Shown: one piece after another, positions 53,171 through 64,000 of the stretch
How the letters are laid out: every line of letters starts with the position of its first letter
Numbering within the stretch: the stretch's first letter is position 1
DNA from: Catajapyx aquilonaris
Lineage: Eukaryota
Direction: 5' to 3'
NCBI GenBank assembly: GCA_000934665.2
Contig: JYFJ02000441.1
Location: forward strand, 1 to 64,000
Length of the DNA: 64,000 bases
Made by a program: the position numbers and the translations under genes
Notes under the pieces: model-generated
Database searches by the model: none
Seen by the model: only the letters and a program-made list of their open reading frames with translations
Told to the model about the DNA's origin: nothing

Positions 53171-54317
53171 TTAGCCATACAGCTGCTAACACCCACCTTT
53201 TATTCTTAGGCCTACTCCCATGTAATTTTCCACGCCTATTTTCCTCCCGACTTCCATCCCCAATGCAGCTTCGACCCTTCCCGTCTTCCCCGATCCTTCC
53301 CCGACCCATTCCAAATGCACCAAGTCTCCATTACCTGGTCCGAACAAGAGACAAAAGGCCTCCTTGAAGAGAAGAGGACGCCCAACCCAACGAAGACCTA
53401 ACGTGGTCGATCCCAGGCCTACCGGATGTGACGACACTAACCGGGTCATGTGGACGCCGCCGGGGAGATGTTCGCATCCGGTCCGTTCCGTTCCTTCAAT
53501 TAGTATCAACCAGAATTGTTCCGACGCGGATGGGAACGCACCCTAAAATCCAACATGGCGACTGATTTGAACGGATTTTAAAGAATTTGGAGACAAATCG
53601 CGATGATTTTGTTCGGAATGGGTTTTTCGGTGGTTGGTTTCTCTTGGAGCAGGTACCTTGAGTACACTGGCTGCAATTAATGCAATGTATATAAAATTAG
53701 TCGTATCAAGAATCAAGCCAGACACTAATGTCTTTCAAATAAAACAACAGTGTTTGCCACTAGTTCAGTTCGGCAGCGTTAATCCAGTGTTTTTTTAAAA
53801 CCAATTAGCAAAGATAACATGACAGTTTTTATCGTGATAAATCAAATGAATATTAAAAATAGGAAGCACTGCAAATGCTTCCTAACTGTTAATTTTGTGT
53901 GGTTAACAATGGTTGAAAATAATAGTGACAGTGACCACATTAAATTATTATGTTGGCCAAAAAGTCCTTGATTTAGGCACATGAAAAAGGCATTACTGTG
54001 TTACAAGATGAAAATTATATTTTAAGCTCACTGTATAGGTGGCCATGAGATGTCGGGAATTTTGATATTAACTGCTACCATACATAACGGCAAGTGTCAC
54101 TCTCCTTAAACACTCTGAATGGGGGATTCACCCAGAAGCTTATAAAACTGTCAGCATCAATGACATATAAAAATATCATGACATTTTACGCTCACACCAG
54201 ACCCAACACCTGCAAATGAATGACGCATGTGACTTGCCATTTTCAGCTCACTTCATGTGAGCAGCATGCAGTCACACATATTGGACTAAGGGCATTTGTT
54301 GTATCTCTAAATTCAAC

Positions 54318-54831
54318 ATGATTCTGGTGCCCACTTTTGTGGTTTTGATTCTGAGTCGAAGTTTACTAGCACAAGAAAGCACCACAGAAGCTGCGGCAGA
54401 AGCAACAGCAGCAGGTACAAGGCCCGCAGCAGCTACACGGCCAAATGCGAATAATGGTGGTAAGTGTAAAATAAATAATCACTCGTAGCAGTCATGTACT
54501 GATGTCGCATTGATGATTAGGCAATGGACCCGGGATGGGAATTGGCGGAGGGTTAGGTGGATCTGGAGGTGCTAATCTGGGAGCAGGTATCGGGGGCAAC
54601 TTATGGACTCCTTTTGGTGGACTGGGACTGGGACTCGGTGCAGGAGCTGGAGTGGGCGGAAGTGCAGGTGCAGGAGGTGGAGCTGCAGCATTTGGCCCCC
54701 CAAGCATGGGAGCTGGAGGTGCCCCTGGAAATGGCGCAGGCAGTGGAGCCAGAAATGGCAATGGATACGGATATCCAGGCATCGGAGCTGGATATATCCC
54801 AGGATTGCCTTCATATATCATATATGGGTGA
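54318..54831 (+). CDS. Secreted Gly/Ala-rich protein with Tyr-rich tail, 150 aa; exons 54318-54459 and 54521-54831
   Basis: Hydrophobic N-terminus MILVPTFVVLILSRSLLA; gtaagt/ag phase-1 intron joins ORF 54535..54831; aataaa downstream. Confidence 0.75.
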
Positions 54832-55065
54832 AGGGTACGTAGTATCTGTCTATTCTAGCTGATGTATGCAACATGGACAACAAATAAACCAGTTATTGCA
54901 GAATTACTTCTATGTCGTGGATGAATCTTGAAATGATCTTCATGACCTCTGTCTCATAAGTATGAATTTTATTGGCCACCCAGTACTTTGTGCATCAAAT
55001 CAACAGTGGCTCATGTGCTTTTACTCTATCAAATTTTATAAAATAAAACAAAACAAACATTCTAA

Positions 55066-55170
55066 TGCCCGATTGCACCAACGATAGCTCCTAAGAGCAC
55101 ACGTTAAAAGGGCTCCGAACGATTCATTAGGAGCTATCGGATTGGTAATTTCGGTTGGTGCAATCGGGCA
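55066..55170. mobile_element. PIF/Harbinger-type MITE
   Basis: 17-bp TIR tgcccgattgcaccaac; TAA TSD. Confidence 0.8.
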
Positions 55171-55810
55171 TAAATCAGGCTTATTGGAACGCATGTTACA
55201 TGCTGAGTGGAAAAATAAACTAGTTGCAGTCTCTACAAAATTGGTTTATTCTTTCAATACTAGCACATCGCCTTTTTTTTCCCAGCGCTTCAAATTCAAT
55301 TTCAAAATTAATAATAACAATAATGGGCAAAAAGCATATAAGAACTTTTCTTTTCACAAGGAGGACGAGGATACAAGTCCTCTAGCTTTAACCAATGTTG
55401 AATGGACACGTGCGCATTTGTGACATTTCCGCTGATGCGAAAAATTGTGCAGTAAAGATCACAGGCACCTGACCATTTATAACATTGCAAATTACAAGTA
55501 CAACCAGCCATAAATCCTACTAGCCAGTATGTCATGGTGTAATCAGGAAATGTTCACTTTTCTAGGATTTTAAAAAAAAAATCACCGGGTTGCTGTTTGC
55601 GGGAATTTTTTGCCATCTTATGTACATAGAAAATAATGCCACTATGGCTGAAAACACTTCGGAAATATTAAGGCTCATTGCAAGTTTTTTTTTTCCCATT
55701 GACATACCAGAATATTGAAGGTTATGTAACATCATTTCTGTCCTCAAAATGTTAATCTATTGACTGGCATGTTATATGCATGTAGTATTTTGGACACTTT
55801 AGAAATTGGA

Positions 55811-58179
55811 TTATTTTGTAGCATGGGCTTCAGCGGCACCTGAGTGTAATATCTTATATTGCTTATACATGATACCATGGAACTTGTTCATGTGGTATTT
55901 CATCGCAGTTATATGATTGTATGCCATTTTACATATGGGACAAGAATATGGCTTTTCACCTGTATGAACTCGCATGTGATTTTTCAAACTGACCTTCAGT
56001 AAAAACCGCTTCTGGCAAACCGGACAACTAAACGGCTTCTCCCCCTTGTGCCTCTTCACATGATAATCAAGACCGGCTTTGTACTTGAAAACCTTTCCGC
56101 ACACCTCACAACAAAAATGCCTTTCTTCAGTATGAACAGTCTGCCTGTGAATTGTCAGAATTCCCTTCAGAGAAAATCGCTTGTTGCATATATCGCAAGT
56201 ATGTGGTTTCTCTCCAGTATGGACACTCTTGTGCCTCACCATATCCCACTTTCGTTTGGTTGTGTGTGGGCACAAGTCGCACTTGAACACTTTTTTCTTT
56301 CCCCCCAATTCACTCTGTCCTTCTGCAGGTGGCTCATCAGTACTGTCACTCTTAATAGGATGATCGTGTTCACTATTGTGCCTGGCAAGCTCTTCCCTTC
56401 TTCCAGTCGTGTACGGACGCAAATTGCATTTGTACAGCGACTGTTTGACCACATCAACACTGTCAGGATGGATCAGTCCCTTGTGTCTTGCCACATCCCC
56501 TCGTCTTTTAGAAGTGTATGAACACAGTTCGCACTGGTGCAGTCCCTTGGGGGCTCCTGATGTCCCTGATGACTCGACGGACCCTTCACTCTCAGTTAGA
56601 TTCTCATGAACAGTCATTTTGTGTCTCACAAAATCTGCCTTTCTCTTGCTACTGTATGGGCACAGTTCGCACTGGTATAGTGGGCCTACCTTTGCCACCT
56701 TTGACGTACTTGCTTCCACTGGCATCTCACTGGTGCCCTCAACCGGTTGTATGGTTGTTTGTTGCCTTCTTTTTTGCCTCAATCCTCGAAGTACAGCAGT
56801 GATACTGCTGCTACCACAGTAAGTCGCACTCCTCGTACGCTTCGCAGGGTTAATCACCTTGTGAGACTTCACACACACCTCCATCTCTGATGCAACTGCG
56901 TACTGCTTTTGACAGACTCCACATATAAATATAACTTGGATTGGCTTTACATCACTCACCAGATGTCCCTGAAAAGTAGTAATGCTTGTTTCAAACACAG
57001 TGACGATACTTTGCACCATGCGAATAGAGCGGGAGGCACAAATAATGTTTTACTTGACCATGTGCTGGCCTGGTACGGAACTAACATCGCTAGTTTTAAA
57101 TGTCAACCAGCTCTAAAAATCAATTTTAGGCTGACTGGATATAATTCATATGTTGCGTCTTATTTTAAATAATCCCAAAAATTGCTAGTAAGGTATTATT
57201 ACACACAACCAAAAATATTATTAGGCAAAAGTGTGCTATTGATACAAAAGTTAACTAATGTATGAAATTTCAGAATTTAAAATGATTGGAATAACTGTTG
57301 CAAAACCTTTCCTCTCATCATTTTGTACTCAAAGTCAGGATGCAACTTGAATAATGAAAATTCCAAGTGCATGACATTACTCACCTCTTTGCTTTCAGTG
57401 GAAGATGACTCGAGTTGAAATTTTGAATACAAATGATCGTGAAGCTCCAGCCCATGTCCTTGGCTGCTAGATTCAAATATGTCAGCATCACTCTCTTCCT
57501 CACATGGCATCGTAGCAACAATTTCCTGAAAAAAAAAGTCGCACATATTTGAAACAAAAAGCAGAGACACATACAACATGAAGATGTTATAATGCCAAGT
57601 ACGATTAATTTACCTCTTCATAGATTAGTAACATTTGTTTAAAAAATCAGCCATATTTGCTCACAATGAGTTATATTTGTCATTAAATATTCAAAGGTCA
57701 CCCACTGAGATATTATGTAGCTTTCTCTGCAAGTTCTACTAATAAAGAACATGTCAAGCCAACCTGATTTACAACCCGACGTACCCTAGTTTCACCTTGT
57801 AATTAATCTCACCTCATTAGCCACGGTATTGCTCAGCTCCAGAACTTCTGCAATATTTCCATCATCCAAAGGATCGGTTTGTAAACATGGCTCGTTCTGA
57901 ATGCATTCTTCTGGGTCGGATGGTTCTGGATCAGGTGTTCTTCTTTCTTCTAACTTAGCTGTAATGGACATATATTGTGGTTAAATATACATTTTTTTTT
58001 TCATAATAATTAGTTTCATTCTGACCTGGTCCTCCTTCCCTTCCCCTGAGTGCATCTTCAATCCCATCTATCCTAATCCCCAGATGGTCCATCTTGGCAT
58101 CTATGCTGATCAGCAGGCGGTAGATGCATTCCAGGTGGGCAGGGAGGGTCAGGGTCAGCTCCCCAGTCACCTCAGACAT
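55811..58179 (-). CDS. Four-exon ZNF gene with N-terminal coiled coil; exons 58179-58026, 57958-57813, 57525-57385, 56968-55811
   Basis: Intron phases 1,0,0 give an open frame; atypical CCCH finger, 7 intact fingers and 1 degenerate finger. Confidence 0.8.
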
Positions 58180-59275
58180 CGCTGGTTGGTATCCGATCGA
58201 CTCCTGGTCCTTTACAAGTGAAGGACAAGCTCAGGAGATGGAAAAATTCCCATCAAAACGACGCCACCTTGGATTTTTTATTTTTACTTTTTTTAATTAA
58301 AGGAAATGGGAGCGTTCCGATTCACAACTAGGAACCGTTCGTGGAGAGATCCAATCCAAGGAACGTTCCGGTTCTGCAAATTGGCATCATCAGAAGCCCA
58401 TATGAATTTTTATTTTATTTTAATGATATAAAAATTTAATCCAAATATTAATATTAATAATAGCATTCAGAAACTTTCTTAATTCGAAATTATGCCGTGC
58501 TTTGCGCGCGCCCCTGGCGACCGCTATGCAAAATATTTCCGATACGATACTTAAACTAAAACGATACTGTCACGATACGATACTGATACGATATTGCTAC
58601 TGTATTTAATCAGCAGTGGTTCCAAATATTGATTTCCCCGAGGATTTCCCTCATTATAAAAATTCAAATAATGCATTTTAAATAAATTGAATTAAATTAA
58701 ATTTTAAATAAATTGCATTAAATTATAAATAAATAAAGTTAAAGTTTAAATAAATGGAATTAAATTGTTAATAATAAATAATTATTATTCAAACAATAAA
58801 TTTTCCTAATAAATGTACAAATGCCTTTATGGATGAAAAAATTCACAAAATAATGAAAATATCCACACAAAAAAAACAGACAGTTCATTACAACTTCCGT
58901 TAATGAGAATGATGGCAAATGTACAGAGAATGATATACAGGTACGCAATTTTTCAATCAAATTGTTCACACAATGAACCAATCCTACTGTGACTTCTATA
59001 ATACCCGTAAGAAGTCAAGGCATGAACTTATGAATGTAACATGCAAGAAAATGGTCCTTCCATCGCTACACTTGAAAAATGTGGTTTTATTTGAGATAAA
59101 TGTATGAGCATTTATTTCTATTCCACTCAGGAAAAACAGTAAGTAAAATAACACCACCAAAGACACATGGTGATGCAAGAAACCATACAATATTGCATTC
59201 ATGAGATCAAATCTTTGTCCATTTTTCATTTTCACATCTAAATACATATTATGTAAATTGACATGTAAATACTAA

Positions 59276-61026
59276 GGGCCGGTTTCACCGAGCTCGGTAT
59301 GTGATAAAACCAGGTTTCTTTCAGATGTGATGCCAGGTTGGCATTACACATGGCTATGGGAGTGACCAGTTGGAATAGGTACACCCCGACCCAGTTCGGG
59401 CTTCCGCTGGCCATAGCCAGTACGGGGGAAGCACTTGGATATGGAAGTTACACTGTATTTCTCTGGTCGTTAGTCCGGGCAGCGCACAAGGTGCTGGCCC
59501 CGATAACCACCAGTAGGCCGGATTGATATAAGTCAGGCGGCGCACAAAGTGCTGGCCCAATTATGACCAATCCTTCCCCCTGACCGATGGACTAGGCGGC
59601 GCACAAAGTGCTGGCCCGGTCATCAGTTTAAGGTAGGCCTTCAGTTACAAACCCCCATTGACAAGACTGATTGATTGTTTTAATAGCGTACGGTTACCGG
59701 GGAGTCACTGTTGACAATTAGAGCGGGGAGAGCTCTTACCCCGTCTAAGGCCAAACAACAACTCGCCCGATCAGCCGAACGGCCGGCCCTTTTATAGTCG
59801 GCCGACTTTGTTTATTCATACGGTCCAACCGAACTCATATTAATACATTTGTGTTTGGATAAGGGCCAACAGGTAAACAACAAGAAGTACTACATGGTAA
59901 CCTGTATCTAAGTTACCTTAACAACAAGTAGCCAACAGAATAATAATTTAGTATTTAACAACAACAAGTGGCCAACAGAATACAAACAACATTACATTAC
60001 ATTACATCATTACATTACATCTTTCTTAAAAAAAGAGTTGGGGTCCAATCGGGCCGCTACTCCTTTTCTTCTGCACCTTCCTCGTCCGCTTCCTGGTCCG
60101 CTCCTTGGGTAGTGCCCCAGACGAGGTGTCCCACCACATTGGCCGCCACAACTTCCTCCTCCAGATCGCTGGTCGGACCCCAACGTCGGGACACGGTGTC
60201 GTAAAAATAGGGACGAACCCGGTGGAAGTCCCGTCGCTGGATGGTATGACTCCTGTATTTGAGACGCACCTCTTCGGCTCCAACCGTATTGGGGATGAGG
60301 TCCGCCAGGTCCCACGCAGGTGTCCGTCGCTCCTCCTCTGCAGGCTCTGGCGTCCATGGCAGATAGTATGGTGACGACTCAGGTGCTGGTGATGATGGTG
60401 GTGCATCAGGAGATGGTGGTGATGGTGGTGATGGTGGCGACTCAGGTGTTGGTGACGATGGTGGTGAATCAGAGGGTGATGGTGGTGATGGTGGCGACTC
60501 AGGTGTTGGTAACGATGGTGGTGAATCAGAGGATGGTGGTGCTTCCGTGCGATAGCGGAAGAGACCTCCCCTTCTCCTGATCTTTGACTTCTTACCCATT
60601 TTTGAGACTAGTCGGTTGTTCGAACTCTACTCTTCGAACTCTACTCTTTGAATGACTAGATTGTTTATACTAGTACAACAATACCCTTGGTAGTCATAGT
60701 GACTATCATAGAACACTTTTGTTGTAAGGTTACATGGAAATTAACAACTTGATTTGGTAATAATAGACTTTAATTACCATATGTGTAACACTAAAATAAC
60801 CTTCAAAAATTTTCTAATTTAGAAAAACTGGCTGTAAAACCCATTAGGATAGGGGTTTGGGCGAAGGTAGTGTGAATGGGTAGGAGGATTGTGTACTTGT
60901 TGAGTGAGTGGGGCTGGTGGTGAAGACGAAACCAAAGTAGTGTCAATTGTAGGAAATGGTGTTGATGAATAATATTTCCTAAGACGGTCTGATTTTATCA
61001 TATACCGAGCTCGGTGAAATCGGCCC
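59276..61026. mobile_element. 1.75-kb non-autonomous PIF/Harbinger-type element
   Basis: ~38-bp TIR gggccggtttcaccgagctcggtatgtgataaaaccag; TAA TSD on both sides; no transposase. Confidence 0.85.
60057..60599 (-). CDS. Possible cargo ORF, 180 aa, basic N-terminus and Pro/Ser repeats; unknown function
   Basis: aaaATGG start, TATAAA and TCATTC upstream; partly low complexity. Confidence 0.4.
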   Translation of the reverse strand: MGKKSKIRRRGGLFRYRTEAPPSSDSPPSLPTPESPPSPPSPSDSPPSSPTPESPPSPPSPPSPDAPPSSPAPESSPYYLPWTPEPAEEERRTPAWDLADLIPNTVGAEEVRLKYRSHTIQRRDFHRVRPYFYDTVSRRWGPTSDLEEEVVAANVVGHLVWGTTQGADQEADEEGAEEKE

Positions 61027-61260
61027 TAACACACAAAATTGCTTAAATGTATTTCACATGTACACTCTCTGTAGGTACGTTACACTCAATCTTGACTGAT
61101 CCACACAAAGCCCGAATATACCAATGGTTTAATGCTTTCAGTAATGACTACAACACACATGACCAGGATAAATTGGTGGAGAACATCCCCCCTTAAGAAA
61201 CTGCTTTAACATTGCATAAGTAATTAAATAATAAGTTACTGCTCTGGAGCCTTCATTACT

Positions 61261-63067
61261 TCAAACTCCTAAAAAGTGATGCGGTGCACATGAAGCAATA
61301 TGTTCCAATAAACAAGGTTCAGCAAGAAACCTCCTGTGACACTTATGGCAGGAAAATGGATTCTCCTTTGCATGTGTCTTTTTGTGATAAGCAAGTGCAT
61401 TGCTTTGCTTAAACGTCTTTCCACACTCATCGCAGCGGTAATGCCTTTGTCCTAAGTGGACAGTTATTAGATGTCTTCTCAGGCTGCCTCGGTTGAAAAA
61501 TCGTTTACCACACACAACGCACATGACTGGATCAGCTTCCTTCTGCACTGGTCCTTCAGACGGCAAATTGCCAGTTTCCAATGTCGTCACCTCCATTTCT
61601 GACGTCTGTTCCCCAACAACAAGTCTGTCAACTTCAAAAGGCAGGGAAAATTTTCTTGGTCTGCCTCGATTTCGCTTACCTCCGGGTAGAAAATAAATGT
61701 TGCTAATGTCATACGTCAAGTCATGTTCATAGTCCCTGAACATGCCGTGAGATTCCACAAGAGTCTCCAATCCTGGTACCATTACTGTCTTGTCAGATGT
61801 ACTCACTTGAGATGGATTCTGGACTCTGGTAGGCCCATTTGGCTGTAAACAGAAATTATTTTAAAGACAAATTATGTCACAATTTTGATATGTTCAGAGA
61901 CGGTTAAGATTTCATTTGGTTACGACATGCAACACAACACTAAATGGTTGGAAAATAATTATGCACACACCACCGAGTTCTGCTGAAATATTCTTAAGGA
62001 CATAATTTAATTCCTTGACTCTGCCAAAATGGCAATCATTGCTTTGGATTCACGTTAAGAAATGTGAAAAAATCTGTTCCCAACTTCTGACGGCAAGTAA
62101 AATGCTGGTTCACTGCAAGTCTTACATGCATCGCTGGAGTTGAGGCTAATCCCAGTCGTCCGGAAGCCACGTGACAATCTCCGTATACCTCAGTTGGTAC
62201 ACCTTGTTTGTCTGACACGAAAACCTCAGCATCACTTTCTTCTTTAATGATGGTCGCCTTTTCATTCCAAGTCTAAATAAAAAGGAAGTTGAAAGCATAT
62301 TGATATAGTAGGGGTAAGCTAACTTATGGATTTTGGGAGGTGGCTTATGTCCTTGGCAACCATAATTAGCCCCGCCCCCTGCTGAGTTCTTTGGTATGGA
62401 ATTTAGAACGATTGGTGGGGAAATATTTCCCCTCTGCTGGGTAACCAATTGCGTTAGTGTAAACAAACTTGAGGTTTTATTACATAACGCCCATCTCCTT
62501 TGAAATTGAATCCTGATTGGTCGACCGGTAGGGGGCGGGGCTAATTATGGTTGTCAAGGACACAAGCCACCTCCCAAAACTCATAAGTTAGCTTACCCCT
62601 ACTATAGTAATGAAGCACTGATATGACCAAAAAAGCTGCGACCAGCTTTTTAGCAGATACTGTATCTTCAAATAAGTTGGAGGCCGAAGACTGTCGCCCT
62701 ACCTCAATTTCCTCGCTTTCAGTGACTTGTTCAGCCTTCACGATGATGGTCTCATTGCCAGGAATGTTTTCATATTCTGTGGTAGGCAGTATTTCATTTT
62801 CCACACACTCTTCCGGTGTGCACTGTTCCATGTCAGCTGCAATTTCTTCCTGAACACGTTTCCCTGAAATTAACAAGTGTGTTTTTGAATACTACTATTT
62901 GTCCACCATCACAGTGTGTGCTCACCAGCTTTTCTTTTGCTGATAATCCCTTCAACTCTTCCCATCCTGTCGCACAGTTGGTTCATCTTCTCATCGAGGC
63001 TCACCAACAGCTGGTAAATGGGTTGCATGTAGGCCGGCATCCCAAGCACATCCCTCGACCCCTCCAT
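61261..63067 (-). CDS. Paralogous four-exon ZNF gene with coiled coil, AT-hook and 3 fingers; exons 63067-62926, 62863-62661, 62272-62126, 61842-61261
   Basis: Phases 1,0,0; IYQLLVSLDEKM and EESDAEVF match the neighbouring gene; RGRPRK AT-hook. Confidence 0.75.
62306..62604. mobile_element. Tc1/mariner-type MITE (same family as 12715-13012)
   Basis: Long TIRs, TA TSD. Confidence 0.85.
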
Positions 63068-63618
63068 GGCTTCCGTGCAAGCTCAAGACGCTTGACCTTT
63101 TTGACCTATGACCTCTGGCCGTAAATCTATCTACAGAGAGACAAAATTTTGCGTGGACAAGTCGGCAGCCATATTGGAAATCGCATTCGGTTGGACGACC
63201 ACCCCGAACTGTTTATATCAAGGAACGACATACCGCACATTAAATTTAATCGACAAATAATGCCGGTCATGTCCGTAATGAATTATTATTAATTGAAAAT
63301 TAATTATGGATGTAAAATTGGGGCCGTATTGTCATATTGGAAGGCACCGACTGATTGGACTGATTATAACAAGGAACGACAAACCGTGCATACAATTTAA
63401 TTTAATTAATAATGTCAGTCATGTAGATAAATAAATTATTATAAATAATTAATTATACAGGTAAAATTGGCGTTTTGGAACAACGCGATTATTGATTAGG
63501 ATCGGGCACATTCGGACCTCTGTGTTTGACATCGACTCACAAGATGGCGGCCAACTTTTCATGGAACAATTTTTAATAATTTATTTCTGTGATTTTTCTC
63601 CAATTTAAAGTGTTTAAA

Positions 63619-64000
63619 ATGTCCGAGTCTGGCGACAACCGTCGTGGTCCTCGCGGCAGGAACTTCGGTATGAGAGAGCAGATGATCCTGTGCGATCTGG
63701 TGATACTGAACAAGGGTGTGCTTGAGAACAGAAGGACTGATGCGGTCACAAACAGGAAGAAGGAAGATTGCTGGAAGAACATGGAGCTGGACTTCAATTC
63801 GAGGTCCAGCATCAAGAGGAGTTGGCAGCAGCTCAGGTCGGGTTATGAGAGCCTCAAGAAGAAGGCCAAGAAGCAGGCCGCGGCCGAGAAGCAGGCGCAG
63901 ATGATCGCCGGGGGAGAGCCCTACAGGAAGGTCATTGACGAGGTGTCGGAGAAGATTCTGGACCTCATTGGCCATGGGACGGAGCCGCTCAATAATGAGT
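63619..64000 (+). CDS. Myb/SANT-like DNA-binding protein (MSANTD3-like), runs off the window
   Basis: Hand translation MSESGDNRRGPRGRNF...LCDLV...VLENRRTDAVTNRKKEDCW...FNS...RSWQQLR..YESLKKKAKK; absent from the ORF track because it has no stop in the window. Confidence 0.85.
   Translation, partial: MSESGDNRRGPRGRNFGMREQMILCDLVILNKGVLENRRTDAVTNRKKEDCWKNMELDFNSRSSIKRSWQQLRSGYESLKKKAKKQAAAEKQAQMIAGGEPYRKVIDEVSEKILDLIGHGTEPLNNE

Noticed and set aside
54492..54821. Proline-rich minus-strand ORF
   Set aside because: Antisense of the Gly-rich exon, which has the supporting splice sites and signal peptide
63559..63975. Minus-strand 138-aa ORF and 63716..63904 plus ORF
   Set aside because: Shadows of the Myb/SANT ORF starting at 63619

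Overview
Eukaryotic, intron-containing invertebrate DNA, most likely arthropod (divergent ionotropic receptors, tRNA-derived SINEs, many MITEs). About 2-45 kb is a minus-strand tandem cluster of C2H2 zinc-finger genes on one plan: a shared tripartite promoter, a 5'UTR exon, a ~80-aa acidic exon rich in SUMO-acceptor (psi-KxE) and SIM-like motifs, a phase-0 intron, and a single exon carrying 6-13 variable fingers. This parallels KRAB-ZNF architecture but uses a non-KRAB, non-ZAD module. Two copies of the acidic exon are not followed by fingers. One runs in frame into a Cys/His domain resembling P-element/THAP transposase sequence. The other abuts a TIR-less PIF/Harbinger gene pair (intact DDE nuclease plus Myb/SANT protein) whose nuclease starts ~40 bp from a ZNF promoter motif. 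The rest of the window holds two intronless divergent ionotropic receptors, ubiquitin-RPS27A, a secreted Gly-rich protein, two paralogous ZNF genes with an N-terminal coiled coil, a 1.75-kb Harbinger-type element with a cargo ORF, and the start of an MSANTD3-like gene. Exon models were read by eye from GT/AG sites and reading frame; no searches were run.
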